64,000 bases of DNA from a virus. Under the pieces are notes generated by a model. The model did no database searches, had not been told where the DNA came from, and saw nothing but the letters and a program-made list of their open reading frames with translations. This document shows positions 18,695 through 28,380 of the stretch, piece after piece. Location of the stretch: IMG/VR virus record IMGVR_UViG_3300014720_002669. The stretch is one strand, 5' to 3'. Within the stretch, counting starts at the first letter, position 1; every line of letters starts with the position of its first letter. Both the position numbers and the translations under genes were made by a program.

Positions 18695-18919
18695 ATGCAG
18701 AATTTGAAAGTCAAAGCCCTGGCCCTGTTGGCTGGTTGGATGGGTGCGGTGTTTGCTGGTATTGCCGTTGTGCAATTGGCGGCAAACTATTTTGGCAGCG
18801 AAACAGTACTCAATATCTTTGTTGGTGCCGTACTGGCATGGTTGATGTATCAGGTGTATAACTTGATTCTAGCCAAACTAGAATGGGACGCCCGAGTTGA
18901 CGAACTAAACAAAAAGTAA
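18695..18919 (+). CDS. Two-TM membrane protein
   Basis: Promoter at 18642-18670, AAGGAG SD, in-frame leaderless ATG at 18677. Confidence 0.65.
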   Translation: MQNLKVKALALLAGWMGAVFAGIAVVQLAANYFGSETVLNIFVGAVLAWLMYQVYNLILAKLEWDARVDELNKK

Positions 18920-19045
18920 TACAAGAGGACTTGGTATGAATTACAGCATTCGTTGGACACAACCTTTGACCAGTTGGGAACCCTTGGAATTTGAAATAAC
19001 CGACTTTACCGAGGCCCGTGCGGTTTTACAAAGGATCATGGCACT

Positions 19046-19399
19046 ATGAAATGGTTTGCTGAAACCACGGACTACCGGGACTCGGTGCCCAATGGTGTGT
19101 ACCTCTTGGATGATTCCAAGAGCAAGATGTACGCATTCCGTCCAGGCCATAAAGGCAGTGAGGTCAAAGTGTTTGCCAATCCCATTCGCATTGACATTCG
19201 CGGTCGTAAATTCAAGTTGAACTCTGTGCAGTTCAAGACCGCACTGAAAGAAGAAGAACCCGAAGGTCGTACAATCGAAGTAACCGGCAGTCGAGGTGAC
19301 ATCTACCGGGTCACAGAGTTGAATGGTAACTGGAGTTGTACCTGCAGTGGCTTTAAATTTAGATCTAAATGCCGTCATATTGAGCAGTTATCAAAATGA
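19046..19399 (+). CDS. SWIM zinc-finger protein (target gene of endonuclease cassette 1)
   Basis: GSRGDIYRV..WSCTCSGFKFRSKCRH fits the CxC-x(n)-CxH SWIM motif. Confidence 0.8.
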   Translation: MKWFAETTDYRDSVPNGVYLLDDSKSKMYAFRPGHKGSEVKVFANPIRIDIRGRKFKLNSVQFKTALKEEEPEGRTIEVTGSRGDIYRVTELNGNWSCTCSGFKFRSKCRHIEQLSK

Positions 19400-19998
19400 T
19401 ATCTATTCATGTTGCCTGGATTTGTACTTTGTTTATTACAATGAGGACATGTAATGACAGGTCTTTCTTTATTTTGTAATCTTCTAAGTTCGGCCTGTGC
19501 AAGTTTGCGTTCAGGAGTCCATGCTTTACGCATTTTGTTTTTTGAATCTTCATTACGTTTTGATCCTAACATGAATGCTCGAACCTTTTCACCAAAACCA
19601 TTTGGTTTTTTGCGACCTTTGTTTTTTAAAGATGATAGCAGAGCATTTCTTGTTTTCCCTTCGGGAGTACGAACATCTCCACAACCACGAGGACGTCCTT
19701 TACCTCCGCCATCGCCCTCTTCGATGCGTAAGTTTGCCCAGCCATCATTAGATACAACATTCCAAAGTTGGCTGTAAAAAATGCCTGTTTCTTTTATCTT
19801 ATCTTTGTCAGTCGTTTCAAATAATATTTCCGTATGAACTTGATTACCGTGTTTCTTCAAATGAAGTCTCCAATATTTTCCCGATCCTCGATAAATCAAT
19901 GGGTCTTGTTTTGTATAACCAAGATATTTCAATCCTGTGAGTTGATGCGTTTTAACGTAGAGTTTGTAAGTGTCCATGCATTTATTTATGCAGACCTT
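19349..19998 (-). mobile_element. Free-standing homing endonuclease cassette 1 carrying a replacement 3' end of the SWIM gene
   Basis: Recoded tail GFKFRSKCRHIEQLSK* at 19349-19399, antisense GIY-YIG ORF, CATAAATA promoter, then the displaced tail at 19999-20046. Confidence 0.75.
19375..19977 (-). CDS. GIY-YIG (Seg-like) homing endonuclease
   Basis: LYVKTH..TGLKYLGYT, YRGSGKYW, WANL..E.GDGG, NUMOD-like basic repeats, C-terminal CPHC..RYHFDNC; AT-rich. Confidence 0.85.
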   Translation of the reverse strand: MDTYKLYVKTHQLTGLKYLGYTKQDPLIYRGSGKYWRLHLKKHGNQVHTEILFETTDKDKIKETGIFYSQLWNVVSNDGWANLRIEEGDGGGKGRPRGCGDVRTPEGKTRNALLSSLKNKGRKKPNGFGEKVRAFMLGSKRNEDSKNKMRKAWTPERKLAQAELRRLQNKERPVITCPHCNKQSTNPGNMNRYHFDNCSI

Positions 19999-20046
19999 GG
20001 ATTCAAGTTTCGTGGCGACTGCCGACATATTAAGAGCGTAAAATGA
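19999..20046 (+). pseudogene. Displaced original 3' end of the SWIM gene
   Basis: Reads GFKFRGDCRHIKSVK*; its TGA overlaps the ATG of the next gene (20043). Confidence 0.8.
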
Positions 20047-20384
20047 TTGATTGGCAAACCAAAGATCTGCGAAACATGGGCATGGAATTGAGCCTGGGCA
20101 CACAAGAAAGCATTGAAAACTATCTTGTGCTTGGATGGGCTCCAGGCGGATATTTGGAAGACATGTTTGCACACGATTACGAACGTGCGTTTGCCTGTGC
20201 AGACACTGCCAATCGACAAACCATCTGGTTACTATGGCATTGGATAAGAGAATCGGCACCACCACTGTGCCAGGGCAGTTACAAAGCCATTAAGATGTGG
20301 CGTGATGATCTTGGTGGCTGCAGAACGGATTACGTAAAAGGTTTGGAACAGAAAGCAATTTGGCAAAAGTTGAGCACTGGGTAA
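20043..20384 (+). CDS. Hypothetical phage protein
   Basis: ORF track; followed by a terminator. Confidence 0.65.
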   Translation: MIDWQTKDLRNMGMELSLGTQESIENYLVLGWAPGGYLEDMFAHDYERAFACADTANRQTIWLLWHWIRESAPPLCQGSYKAIKMWRDDLGGCRTDYVKGLEQKAIWQKLSTG

Positions 20385-20386
20385 CA

Positions 20387-20416
20387 AGAAAGTCCCTTTC
20401 GGGACTTTCATTTTTT
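20387..20416. terminator. Intrinsic terminator
   Basis: GAAAGTCCC-tttc-GGGACTTTC followed by a T-run, between convergent genes. Confidence 0.8.
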
Positions 20417-20642
20417 ACGCGGCGTCTACAAACTTTTTAAGTTCTTCGGCCTTGGCCACTATATCCGTACTTGACGGAAAATCAGGCAAGGTTGGGAACG
20501 GATGACTTTCCCGGTTGGCATCAGTTAACTTGGAATGGTATTCCTGTAATTTGGCTTCACGGGTTTGGTAAATTGGCGTTTGAAGAATTTCTTTGGCCAG
20601 GTTCAGAAGTTCGAGACGGATCTCGTAAGGTGTTTTGCTCAT
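20415..20642 (-). CDS. Small phage protein (MSKTPYEIRLELL...)
   Basis: AAAGGAG SD preceded by a CA-rich tract; TAAATA upstream. Confidence 0.75.
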   Translation of the reverse strand: MSKTPYEIRLELLNLAKEILQTPIYQTREAKLQEYHSKLTDANRESHPFPTLPDFPSSTDIVAKAEELKKFVDAA

Positions 20643-20810
20643 ATTTTTCTCCTTTGTGTGTATGTGTGTCTAAACGAGCTGTGACTTTCATCACGCAAAT
20701 ATTTAGTTTGGCAAAACTGATACTCAAAATTTCTTGCATTGTAATACAGACCCATGTATACTTGTGGAATGCTGTTGTTTATGACAGCTATTTTTAAAAG
20801 GAACTTTTTT

Positions 20811-21077
20811 ATGACTATCAATCCAGGAACTAAAACCTACAAACTGTTTTCCGCTCTCAGCAACGGCGAACGTGTCAGTGCCAGCCAAGCCCACAAGCGT
20901 TTTGGCATCAAGAACATTTCGGCTGAAGTCAGCCGTGTTCGTCAAGCAGGTTTTGCTGTGTATGCCAACACACGCCGGGCTGGCAATGGTGTTCAAGTGA
21001 CCGAGTATCGCATTGGTGCTCCAAGCCGCAAATTGGTTGCCGCTGGTTATCGAGCCATGGCACTTGGTTTGGTCTAA
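20811..21077 (+). CDS. Putative winged-helix DNA-binding protein
   Basis: Basic, HTH-like LSNGERVSASQAHKRFGIKNISAEVSRVRQAG; AAAGGA SD; terminator after. Confidence 0.55.
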   Translation: MTINPGTKTYKLFSALSNGERVSASQAHKRFGIKNISAEVSRVRQAGFAVYANTRRAGNGVQVTEYRIGAPSRKLVAAGYRAMALGLV

Positions 21078-21179
21078 ACCAACTCGCTGTCCAATTCACA
21101 CTGGACACACATGACAAAAGCCCTGCAACTTGCAGGGTTTTTTCTTGACCATTAATTCCGTTTCGTGTATAATAAACGC

Positions 21180-21638
21180 ATGATTAAAGAACTCTTTCAA
21201 CGTTGGCATCGGCACCGTGTGATCATGGACAGACTAAACGGCGAACCGTACCTGGAACGCTACTATGTGTTCTTGAAAGACCGGAACCGATTCCCATTCA
21301 ACATCTTTGTGCATAAGTTTTTGAAGTCTGATCCAGATGATGTGCATGATCATCCCTGGCCCTACTTTACCATTATATTGAAGGGTGGCTACTATGAGTG
21401 GACGCCGCAGTTCAACGCACAAGGTCAAAAGATCAACGAAGTTGCTCGTTGGTGCAGTGCCGGATCGTTTCGCTGGGCTGGTGCCCGCACCTATCACAGA
21501 ATTGAACTGGATCCTGAAGTGGAATGTTGGACCCTGTTCGTGCCCGGCATCAAACAACGTGACTGGGGATTCCTGGTCCGAGATCAATGGGTGCAGTGGC
21601 AAGAATACTTGAACATGCGTAAAAGTCAACAAACTTGA
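21180..21638 (+). CDS. Cupin-fold phage protein
   Basis: HKF..SD..HDHPW..GGYYE..YHRIEL; leaderless ATG after TATAAT. Confidence 0.65.
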   Translation: MIKELFQRWHRHRVIMDRLNGEPYLERYYVFLKDRNRFPFNIFVHKFLKSDPDDVHDHPWPYFTIILKGGYYEWTPQFNAQGQKINEVARWCSAGSFRWAGARTYHRIELDPEVECWTLFVPGIKQRDWGFLVRDQWVQWQEYLNMRKSQQT

Positions 21639-21648
21639 AAGTAAATAA

Positions 21649-22056
21649 ATGGAAAACATAGGACAGTTCATGATGGAATTTGGCGACTTCTTGATTTACT
21701 TTGGCATTGGTTGGTTGATCTTCAGCATTGTGTTGAGTGTGTCGGAATTCCTATTGCGTCGACACATTGAACAGTCAATGGAATCAGAGCTCACAGGAGT
21801 GGGCCAGGCCTTGGATGAGGAGCGGTTGATTGCACTTACTGTGGAAGTTGACCAAGATCAGTATTTTTGTTATAATAGCATCACAAAAGATTTTGTGTGT
21901 CAGGGTTCGGACTTGAAAGAAATACGTGACCGGTTTCGTGCTAGGTATCCCGACAAGGATGCGGCCATTTATGATGGTGACAAGACAGCAGTGGCCGTGT
22001 TGAAATCACAAATCAAAGAATTAAAGAAACAAAATGAAAATAGCATTGGTATCTGA
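21649..22056 (+). CDS. Hypothetical protein with N-terminal TM
   Basis: ORF track. Confidence 0.6.
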   Translation: MENIGQFMMEFGDFLIYFGIGWLIFSIVLSVSEFLLRRHIEQSMESELTGVGQALDEERLIALTVEVDQDQYFCYNSITKDFVCQGSDLKEIRDRFRARYPDKDAAIYDGDKTAVAVLKSQIKELKKQNENSIGI

Positions 22057-22867
22057 CGTACACCTAGAATTTGGTGACCTAGACTTTGAAAACGACAGCG
22101 GCGCTGACGTGCTGATCCTGGGTGGTGACATTTGCATTGCCAACGATATGGCACAACGTGATCCTTACAACACCATGGGCGAACAATATCGTAGCAACCG
22201 ATTCCATGACTTCTTTCAACGGTGCTGTGCCCGTTTCCCACATGTGATTTTCATTGTGGGCAATCACGAACACTATCATGGTGACTTTGCCAAGACTGTG
22301 CCGCACTTTCGAGATGTCTTGGGCTACTTGCCCAACCTGCACATCCTGGACAAAGAAACCTGGGTGCTGGATGACATCACGTTCATTGGTGGCACGTTGT
22401 GGACTAACATGAACCGGCGAGATAACCGTACCTTGCATGACATCTCACGCATGATGAACGATTTCCGTTGTGTGGACAACAGTGCCAAAACTGAAGATCA
22501 TCGCGGCTGGCCAGGGCGTTTTACCACTACAGATGCGGCTGACGATCATGATGCCATGGTGGCATTCATTGACCAAACCATTGCAGCCAATCCTGCTGGA
22601 CGCTATGTTGTGGTGGGGCACCACTCACCAAGTCGCCGGAGCACTCATCCCAGGTACAAGGATCAGTTTGTCATGAATGGTGGCTACAGCAGTGAACTGG
22701 ATGACTTTATCCTTGATCATCCACAGATCCGGTTGTGGACACATGGTCACACACATGAAGATTTTGATTACCAGATTGGGTCATGCCGAATCTTGTGCAA
22801 CCCACGTGGCTATATCAACTATGAAGAAAGGGCAGACTCATGGCGCCTGAAAACAGTGGAAGTATAA
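22034..22867 (+). CDS. Calcineurin-like metallophosphoesterase
   Basis: SDVHLE, GGDI, GNHEHY, HHSP, HGHTH, NPRGY. Confidence 0.9.
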   Translation: MKIALVSDVHLEFGDLDFENDSGADVLILGGDICIANDMAQRDPYNTMGEQYRSNRFHDFFQRCCARFPHVIFIVGNHEHYHGDFAKTVPHFRDVLGYLPNLHILDKETWVLDDITFIGGTLWTNMNRRDNRTLHDISRMMNDFRCVDNSAKTEDHRGWPGRFTTTDAADDHDAMVAFIDQTIAANPAGRYVVVGHHSPSRRSTHPRYKDQFVMNGGYSSELDDFILDHPQIRLWTHGHTHEDFDYQIGSCRILCNPRGYINYEERADSWRLKTVEV

Positions 22868-23436
22868 AAAACTGGTTGCGTTATTCGGGATTCAGTGTTA
22901 TAATAGTAGGAAATCCTTGTCATTGGAGTCCCTTGCCCTGGGCTCGACAGGAACCCAATGATGGATGGCCCAGTCCCAACGAACGCACATACAGTGTGGG
23001 TTGGATTTTTTTAACAGTTAGAATATGGATTGATGATGGAACCTGGTAATTCTAAAACCCGTTTTGATCTTGAACAAGAGATCATGTCAGCATGGCAAGT
23101 GCTGGAGGATATCAAGATGCTGAAAACTCGCCAAGGCGTCACCGCCGAAGATTGGGATGCTGTGATTCGATTGTATCAACACAGATTTGAAACCCTGTTT
23201 GAAACTTTTGAACACTGCATTCGAACCGGCAACGTACTGTGAGTCTACAAATTACCCTGTCACGTGATCAAGTATCAAAAGTGGCCACATGGCTGGCTTT
23301 GAACGATCACGTCACACAGGTCCGAATTGTTGAAAAAAGCACCACAGGCATTGGCTGGGATCACATAGTGTATTTCATGGACAAAAACAATCGAACATGG
23401 AATGAAATGGACATAACTGATGTGTCAACTTGGTAA
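22840..23436 (+). other. Run of three small coupled hypothetical ORFs (22840-23049, 23030-23242, 23239-23436)
   Basis: Overlapping stop/start junctions on the + strand. Confidence 0.5.
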
Positions 23437-23531
23437 GGAGCAATCATGATTGAAGTAATTGTGATTACAGTGATATTGGTGGCAGTGATGTGGTTTATAA
23501 TAAAAACCATAGAAAACATGAGAGACGATGA

Positions 23532-24218
23532 ATGAAAATTTATAAATCTAATTATCGCAACCATTGGGTGTCACCCTACACCATCTTGGAACGGGTGTGT
23601 TTTTGGGAACGGGATCGAGACCGCATTTACAATCTTGACGATGATCCAAAAAATCCCTACGAACGTTGGGTTCGCTGGCTCACTCCGGTGTGTGGTGCTT
23701 GGAACTGGTTCTTGGATCGAGTGCATCCACAGATCAACTATGTTCGAATCGATCGCTATGATACCTGGAGCATGGATTCGACCTTGGCAGACATTGTGTT
23801 GCCCATGTTGCGACAACTGCAAGCCACCAAGCATGGTGCACCATTTGTGGACGATGAAGATGTGCCTGATGACCTTAAAAGCACTGCCGCACCACCAAAA
23901 GAAAATGAATGGGATACTGATGAAAATCATCACAAACGCTGGGACTGGGTCCTGGACGAAATGATCTTTGCTTTTGAGTGCAAAGTGCAAGACAACTGGA
24001 CCGAACAGTATTACTCAGGTGAGGCAGACTATCAGTTCAAAAAGTTGGACAAAACTCACTTCAATCCCATTACACAAAAACACGAAGGTCTCAGTGAAAT
24101 GGTGGAAGGGCCCAACCACACACAGACTGTGGACTGGGATGGTATGAAAGCCCAACAAGCCCGCATCACCAATGGTTTCCGTTTGTTTGGCCTGTACTAT
24201 GAGGCACTGTGGGACTGA
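23532..24218 (+). CDS. Hypothetical phage protein
   Basis: IDRYDTWSMD..LA..VLPML.QL..KHGAP..W..VLDEMI.AF..NGFRLFG.YY..LWD pattern. Confidence 0.7.
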   Translation: MKIYKSNYRNHWVSPYTILERVCFWERDRDRIYNLDDDPKNPYERWVRWLTPVCGAWNWFLDRVHPQINYVRIDRYDTWSMDSTLADIVLPMLRQLQATKHGAPFVDDEDVPDDLKSTAAPPKENEWDTDENHHKRWDWVLDEMIFAFECKVQDNWTEQYYSGEADYQFKKLDKTHFNPITQKHEGLSEMVEGPNHTQTVDWDGMKAQQARITNGFRLFGLYYEALWD

Positions 24219-24489
24219 TGTTTGGCACAGGATACAATGATCATCGAGCCCAACTGGGCTATTCTGTAAGAACTCAGGCCGAAGTGGATCAAGCATTTTA
24301 TGGTCGTGCTCAATGGCGTGAACAGTTTGCATGGTGGCCACATCGATGTGCGATCTCAGGTCGTTGGTGCTGGATGAACTTTCACTATCAAGGTCAGGCA
24401 GTGTGGACTGGACCCGGTGACGATGCGGTAGAAGTTCGTTGGCATGATTGCCATGAGCATTTGATTTGGACACTAAAGGGTCCACACGG

Positions 24490-25107
24490 ATGAAAATAAT
24501 TCGGGTCGAACCCATTACCCCCATGATCTCCTTGAGCTGGATGTTGGGCACCAGGTGCAACTATGATTGCATGTATTGTCCTAGTACATTACATGACACA
24601 ACCAGTAAACATCCAGATCTGAATAAGTTAATTCAAACATGGGATAATTTTTATCAACGCACCAAGGATCGACAAATACCTTACAAAATATCGTTCACTG
24701 GTGGGGAAGTTACTGCCAATCGTAGTTTTTTACCGTTACTAAAATACATCCGTAATAACAATTTTAATATTGGACAAATCCTAGTGACAACCAACGGCAG
24801 TGCAAGTAAAAATTATTATGCAAAATTAGCAGCATTGGTTGATGCCATCAGCTTTAGTACGCACAGTGAATTTTTCAACGAACAAGAATTTTTTAACAAA
24901 GTAAGTATCATACATCAAATCATGATTCGGCCAGAAAAAAGTGTGCATGTCAACATCATGGACGAATCATGGAATCAAAAAAGAATTCCTGTATATCAAT
25001 CTTGGCTAGATCAACGTGGTATCAGTTACTCTGTAAATGCAATTGATTATTCCCAACAAATTCGCAATGTAGCTGTTCAACAAGGGGTAACAAATCTTGT
25101 GGCCTAA
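24490..25107 (+). CDS. Radical SAM protein (core domain only)
   Basis: CNYDCMYC, SFTGGE, TTNGS. Confidence 0.85.
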   Translation: MKIIRVEPITPMISLSWMLGTRCNYDCMYCPSTLHDTTSKHPDLNKLIQTWDNFYQRTKDRQIPYKISFTGGEVTANRSFLPLLKYIRNNNFNIGQILVTTNGSASKNYYAKLAALVDAISFSTHSEFFNEQEFFNKVSIIHQIMIRPEKSVHVNIMDESWNQKRIPVYQSWLDQRGISYSVNAIDYSQQIRNVAVQQGVTNLVA

Positions 25108-25405
25108 CAAAGATCATGACAATCATAATTGCACAGTGACCGAAATATCGGGTCAACAACGCCGTGTATATGCCAACTGGCTACACAACAACAAATTAGA
25201 CCACTGGCGTGGATGGCGCTGCGACGCAGGAGCCACACGATTTTATATTGACGCTAATTTTGATGTTTGGAGTGGAGAATGCAAAAATGATTTCTTAGGC
25301 AACATATTTACAGAATGGCAAATAAAAAACAACACAATTTGCCATCGTCAGACCTGTACTGGCGGCACGGATGATTTAATGATAAAAAAATACCAACCGG
25401 AATAA
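25097..25405 (+). CDS. SPASM-like Cys-rich partner of the preceding radical SAM ORF
   Basis: GWRCDAG..SGEC..LGNI..ICHRQTC resembles an auxiliary-cluster C-terminal domain. Confidence 0.55.
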   Translation: MWPNKDHDNHNCTVTEISGQQRRVYANWLHNNKLDHWRGWRCDAGATRFYIDANFDVWSGECKNDFLGNIFTEWQIKNNTICHRQTCTGGTDDLMIKKYQPE

Positions 25406-25408
25406 TCC

Positions 25409-26073
25409 ATGGGTGATAATGCATTTGAAAACATGACTGCAGACTTACTGGCCATTGATGCCAGAGTAGAACGCCGAAACAGCATCCCACCGGCAGAGTA
25501 TGAAGCCTGGAAACGAGAGTTTACATTTGAAGGCATCCGGGGCACAAGATACGGACAGAGTTTTTGCAATCATTTTGGCATCACAGACTATGTGCTGTTT
25601 TACAAAGTGGATTGGGCCAGTGCTGACCAACACATAAGGATGCAGTATCTTGTACAGCCCTGAACACACACATGGCCTGACCCTGCACTGGGCTCGGGAC
25701 GACTACATGGAATTGTGGAACATGCGCATGGCTCGAGTAGTAGAACTGTTTGGCCTGCCGGGTGACAGATACATCACAGAAATCACACAAGATTACATGA
25801 CCTTTTGGTTCCGCGACCCTAACGATGCACTGCTGTTTAGATTATGCCATGGACACAGTGAACTACGTACGGCTTGATTGCGGTGCCCAACAGGCCTTGG
25901 CCCTCAAGCATCAGTTGGATCTTGATGGGCTCATAGTGAACCAAGACTACACCTGGCGCTACGAAAAGCCAGTGTATGACAACTTTGCCTGGACAGAAAG
26001 TGAAGTCAACCATGTGACATTTACTTTTCGTAATCCTGCACTGGCCACGTTCTATAAACTCAAATGGTCATAA
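25409..26073 (+). other. Three small hypothetical ORFs (25409-25663, 25650-25877, 25858-26073)
   Basis: Coupled ORFs; the last two end in the F.L.W-type motif. Confidence 0.55.
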
Positions 26074-26081
26074 CTAATAAT

Positions 26082-27014
26082 ATGACAATCACAAGCCAAG
26101 ACAATTTTAAACACAAAATCCACAACAATAAAATGATTGAGCCTAGAGACTGGATGCCCGATCAGTATCGGCGTACTCTAATTAGACAAATAAGTCAACA
26201 TGCACACAGTGAGGTTGTGGGCATGTTGCCCGAAGGAGACTGGATAGCACGGGCACCCAGTCTAAAACGCAAAGAAGTGTTGTTGGCCAAGGTACAGGAT
26301 GAAGGCGGACACGGTCTGTATCTTTATTCAGCCGCAGAAACTCTGGGTGCCAGCAGAGATAGTTTGATTCAAGATCTTCATGCAGGCCTGGCCAAGTACT
26401 CAAGTATATTCAACTATCCTACCCTTACCTGGGCAGACGTGGGTGTGATAGGTTGGTTGGTGGATGGTGCTGCCATCATGAATCAAATACCCTTGTGCCG
26501 TTGCAGTTATGGACCTTATGCTAGAGCCATGATTCGCATTTGCAAGGAAGAAAGTTTTCATCAACGTCAAGGCTATGACTTGTTGCTGACCATGATGACA
26601 GGCACTGACGAACAACGTGACATGGTACAAGATGCTGTGGACCGTTGGTGGTGGAAAACTCTAACCATGTTTGGTCCACCTGATGCAGAGAGCACCAACA
26701 GTGAACAAGGCATGGCCTGGGGCATCAAACGTCATACCAACGATGACTTACGACAAAAGTTTGTAGATGCCACTGTGCCGCAGGCTGATTATCTTGGTGT
26801 CAAATTACCAGATCCAGATCTCAAATGGAATGACACTCGTAATCACTATGATTTTGGTGAAATAGACTGGGCAGAATTTTGGCAAAATGTCAACGGCAAC
26901 GGCCCTTGCAATGTTGAACGCCTTGAGGCTCGCAGCCAAGCCTATGAATCAGGTGCATGGGTGCGTGACGCAGCCATGGCCTATGCTGAAAAACAAAAAG
27001 AAAAACAACAATAA
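26082..27014 (+). CDS. paaA: 1,2-phenylacetyl-CoA epoxidase subunit A
   Basis: [65 protein letters not shown], with both diiron ExxH motifs intact. Confidence 0.95.
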   Translation: MTITSQDNFKHKIHNNKMIEPRDWMPDQYRRTLIRQISQHAHSEVVGMLPEGDWIARAPSLKRKEVLLAKVQDEGGHGLYLYSAAETLGASRDSLIQDLHAGLAKYSSIFNYPTLTWADVGVIGWLVDGAAIMNQIPLCRCSYGPYARAMIRICKEESFHQRQGYDLLLTMMTGTDEQRDMVQDAVDRWWWKTLTMFGPPDAESTNSEQGMAWGIKRHTNDDLRQKFVDATVPQADYLGVKLPDPDLKWNDTRNHYDFGEIDWAEFWQNVNGNGPCNVERLEARSQAYESGAWVRDAAMAYAEKQKEKQQ

Positions 27015-27805
27015 TGAAATATCTAGCATTGATTTTTTTATTTGTGGCCACCACAGTGTTGGCTAGAGAACCCAGTGTTTACGTGTACAACGAAACCACG
27101 GACCGGATTGAACACCAACGCAACTCAACAGAGTTTCGCAGCATTGCCAGCATCACCAAGCTGATGACTGCCATGGTGGCCCTGGATCACAGCAAGGACC
27201 TGTTTCGTCGACTGCCACTCAACACCACTGTCCGAAGCAATCTGCCACGTGGTCAATACACACGTCAAGAACTTTTTGATGCCATGCTGGTACGATCGGA
27301 CAACGCAGCCGCAGAAACTCTAGCCGCGGACTACCCTGGTGGTAGGAAAGAGTTCATATGGAAGATGAACCAACAGGCCCGAGAGTGGGGTATCAATGCT
27401 GTGTTTCGTGATCCCACTGGCCTGCATCCGGGCAACATGGCCACTGCTGGCGATGTGGGCCACCTGGCTGTGTATGCCGCTGGCTACTGGGTCATACGTG
27501 ATGCCAGTGTGAAAAAGACCGTGGCCTTTGAACGCAAATTCAAAAAGAAACTACGCAAAATACAACTCAACAACACCAACCGACCGCTGTTGATGGAGTT
27601 TGATGAGATCATTGCGTCAAAAACTGGATTTACCAACTCAGCCAGATATTGTGTCGCACTTGTGGTAGAGCATGAAAAACAACGGCGAGTGATTGTGGTG
27701 TTGGGAGAGCGCAACAAAAGCCGTAGAATGGACACAGTGCAAGACATCATGTACAATCATGTGCTGGATCAAAATTTGCAGGACCCTGGGTACATCAATA
27801 ACTAA
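27014..27805 (+). CDS. D-Ala-D-Ala carboxy/endopeptidase (peptidase S11, PBP7-like)
   Basis: Signal peptide; SITK, SDN and KTG motifs; DPTGL. Confidence 0.9.
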   Translation: MKYLALIFLFVATTVLAREPSVYVYNETTDRIEHQRNSTEFRSIASITKLMTAMVALDHSKDLFRRLPLNTTVRSNLPRGQYTRQELFDAMLVRSDNAAAETLAADYPGGRKEFIWKMNQQAREWGINAVFRDPTGLHPGNMATAGDVGHLAVYAAGYWVIRDASVKKTVAFERKFKKKLRKIQLNNTNRPLLMEFDEIIASKTGFTNSARYCVALVVEHEKQRRVIVVLGERNKSRRMDTVQDIMYNHVLDQNLQDPGYINN

Positions 27806-27807
27806 AG

Positions 27808-28047
27808 TTGATGCAACTGCAACAACCCCATGACACCATACGTCTCGGCGAAAGTTTCAACCACGCACGGGAGATTGCCAGACCTTTTGGTCAAATTGAT
27901 CGAATCATAGAGTGGTGCAAAACTGAACTTGTGGGCGACTGGCGTTGGCAGGTGATTACTACCAGCAGTGACCGCGCCCCGGGACGCTATATTTTCTACT
28001 TTGACTCAGACCGAGACGCTGCCGCGTTTGCACTGTTCTGGTCCTAA
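27808..28047 (+). CDS. Small protein of the F.L.WS family
   Basis: EWC..W..YIFYFDSDRDAAAFALFWS. Confidence 0.6.
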   Translation: MMQLQQPHDTIRLGESFNHAREIARPFGQIDRIIEWCKTELVGDWRWQVITTSSDRAPGRYIFYFDSDRDAAAFALFWS

Positions 28048-28116
28048 TACTTTTTACTACTTGACGTGATATTCCTGATCTGCTATACTACGGGTATTGT
28101 ATTGCAAAGGATTGAC

Positions 28117-28353
28117 ATGAATGACTGGGATCGTAGCAACCTGCATTTTATTCTGGATAGTGATGAGGCCACGTTAGAGGACTTTTATTCCTGGGCCACC
28201 GAAGATGACTTGGCCTATGCATTGAGTCTGGTGCGGCAAGCCAAGACAGAATTGCTGTTACAAGAAGCAGGAATCTTGGATGAACTGTTGACCGCGGCCA
28301 CAGCGGATGATGTATCAGAAGCCAACACCATGCTAAAACAATTTCAACTATGA
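28117..28353 (+). CDS. Hypothetical protein
   Basis: Promoter TTGACG-N17-TATACT at 28061 and an AAAGGA SD. Confidence 0.65.
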   Translation: MNDWDRSNLHFILDSDEATLEDFYSWATEDDLAYALSLVRQAKTELLLQEAGILDELLTAATADDVSEANTMLKQFQL

Positions 28354-28380
28354 ATCATCGGGTGTTGATCACCTAAAAGA

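Noticed and set aside
19349-20046. Group I intron explanation for the nuclease insertions
   Set aside because: The nuclease is antisense, there is no room for a ribozyme core, and the upstream gene copy is already complete with its own stop.
19978-20265. N-terminal extension of the GIY-YIG ORF given in the track (296 aa)
   Set aside because: It overlaps the + strand gene at 20043; the nuclease motif and TAAATA point to ATG 19977.
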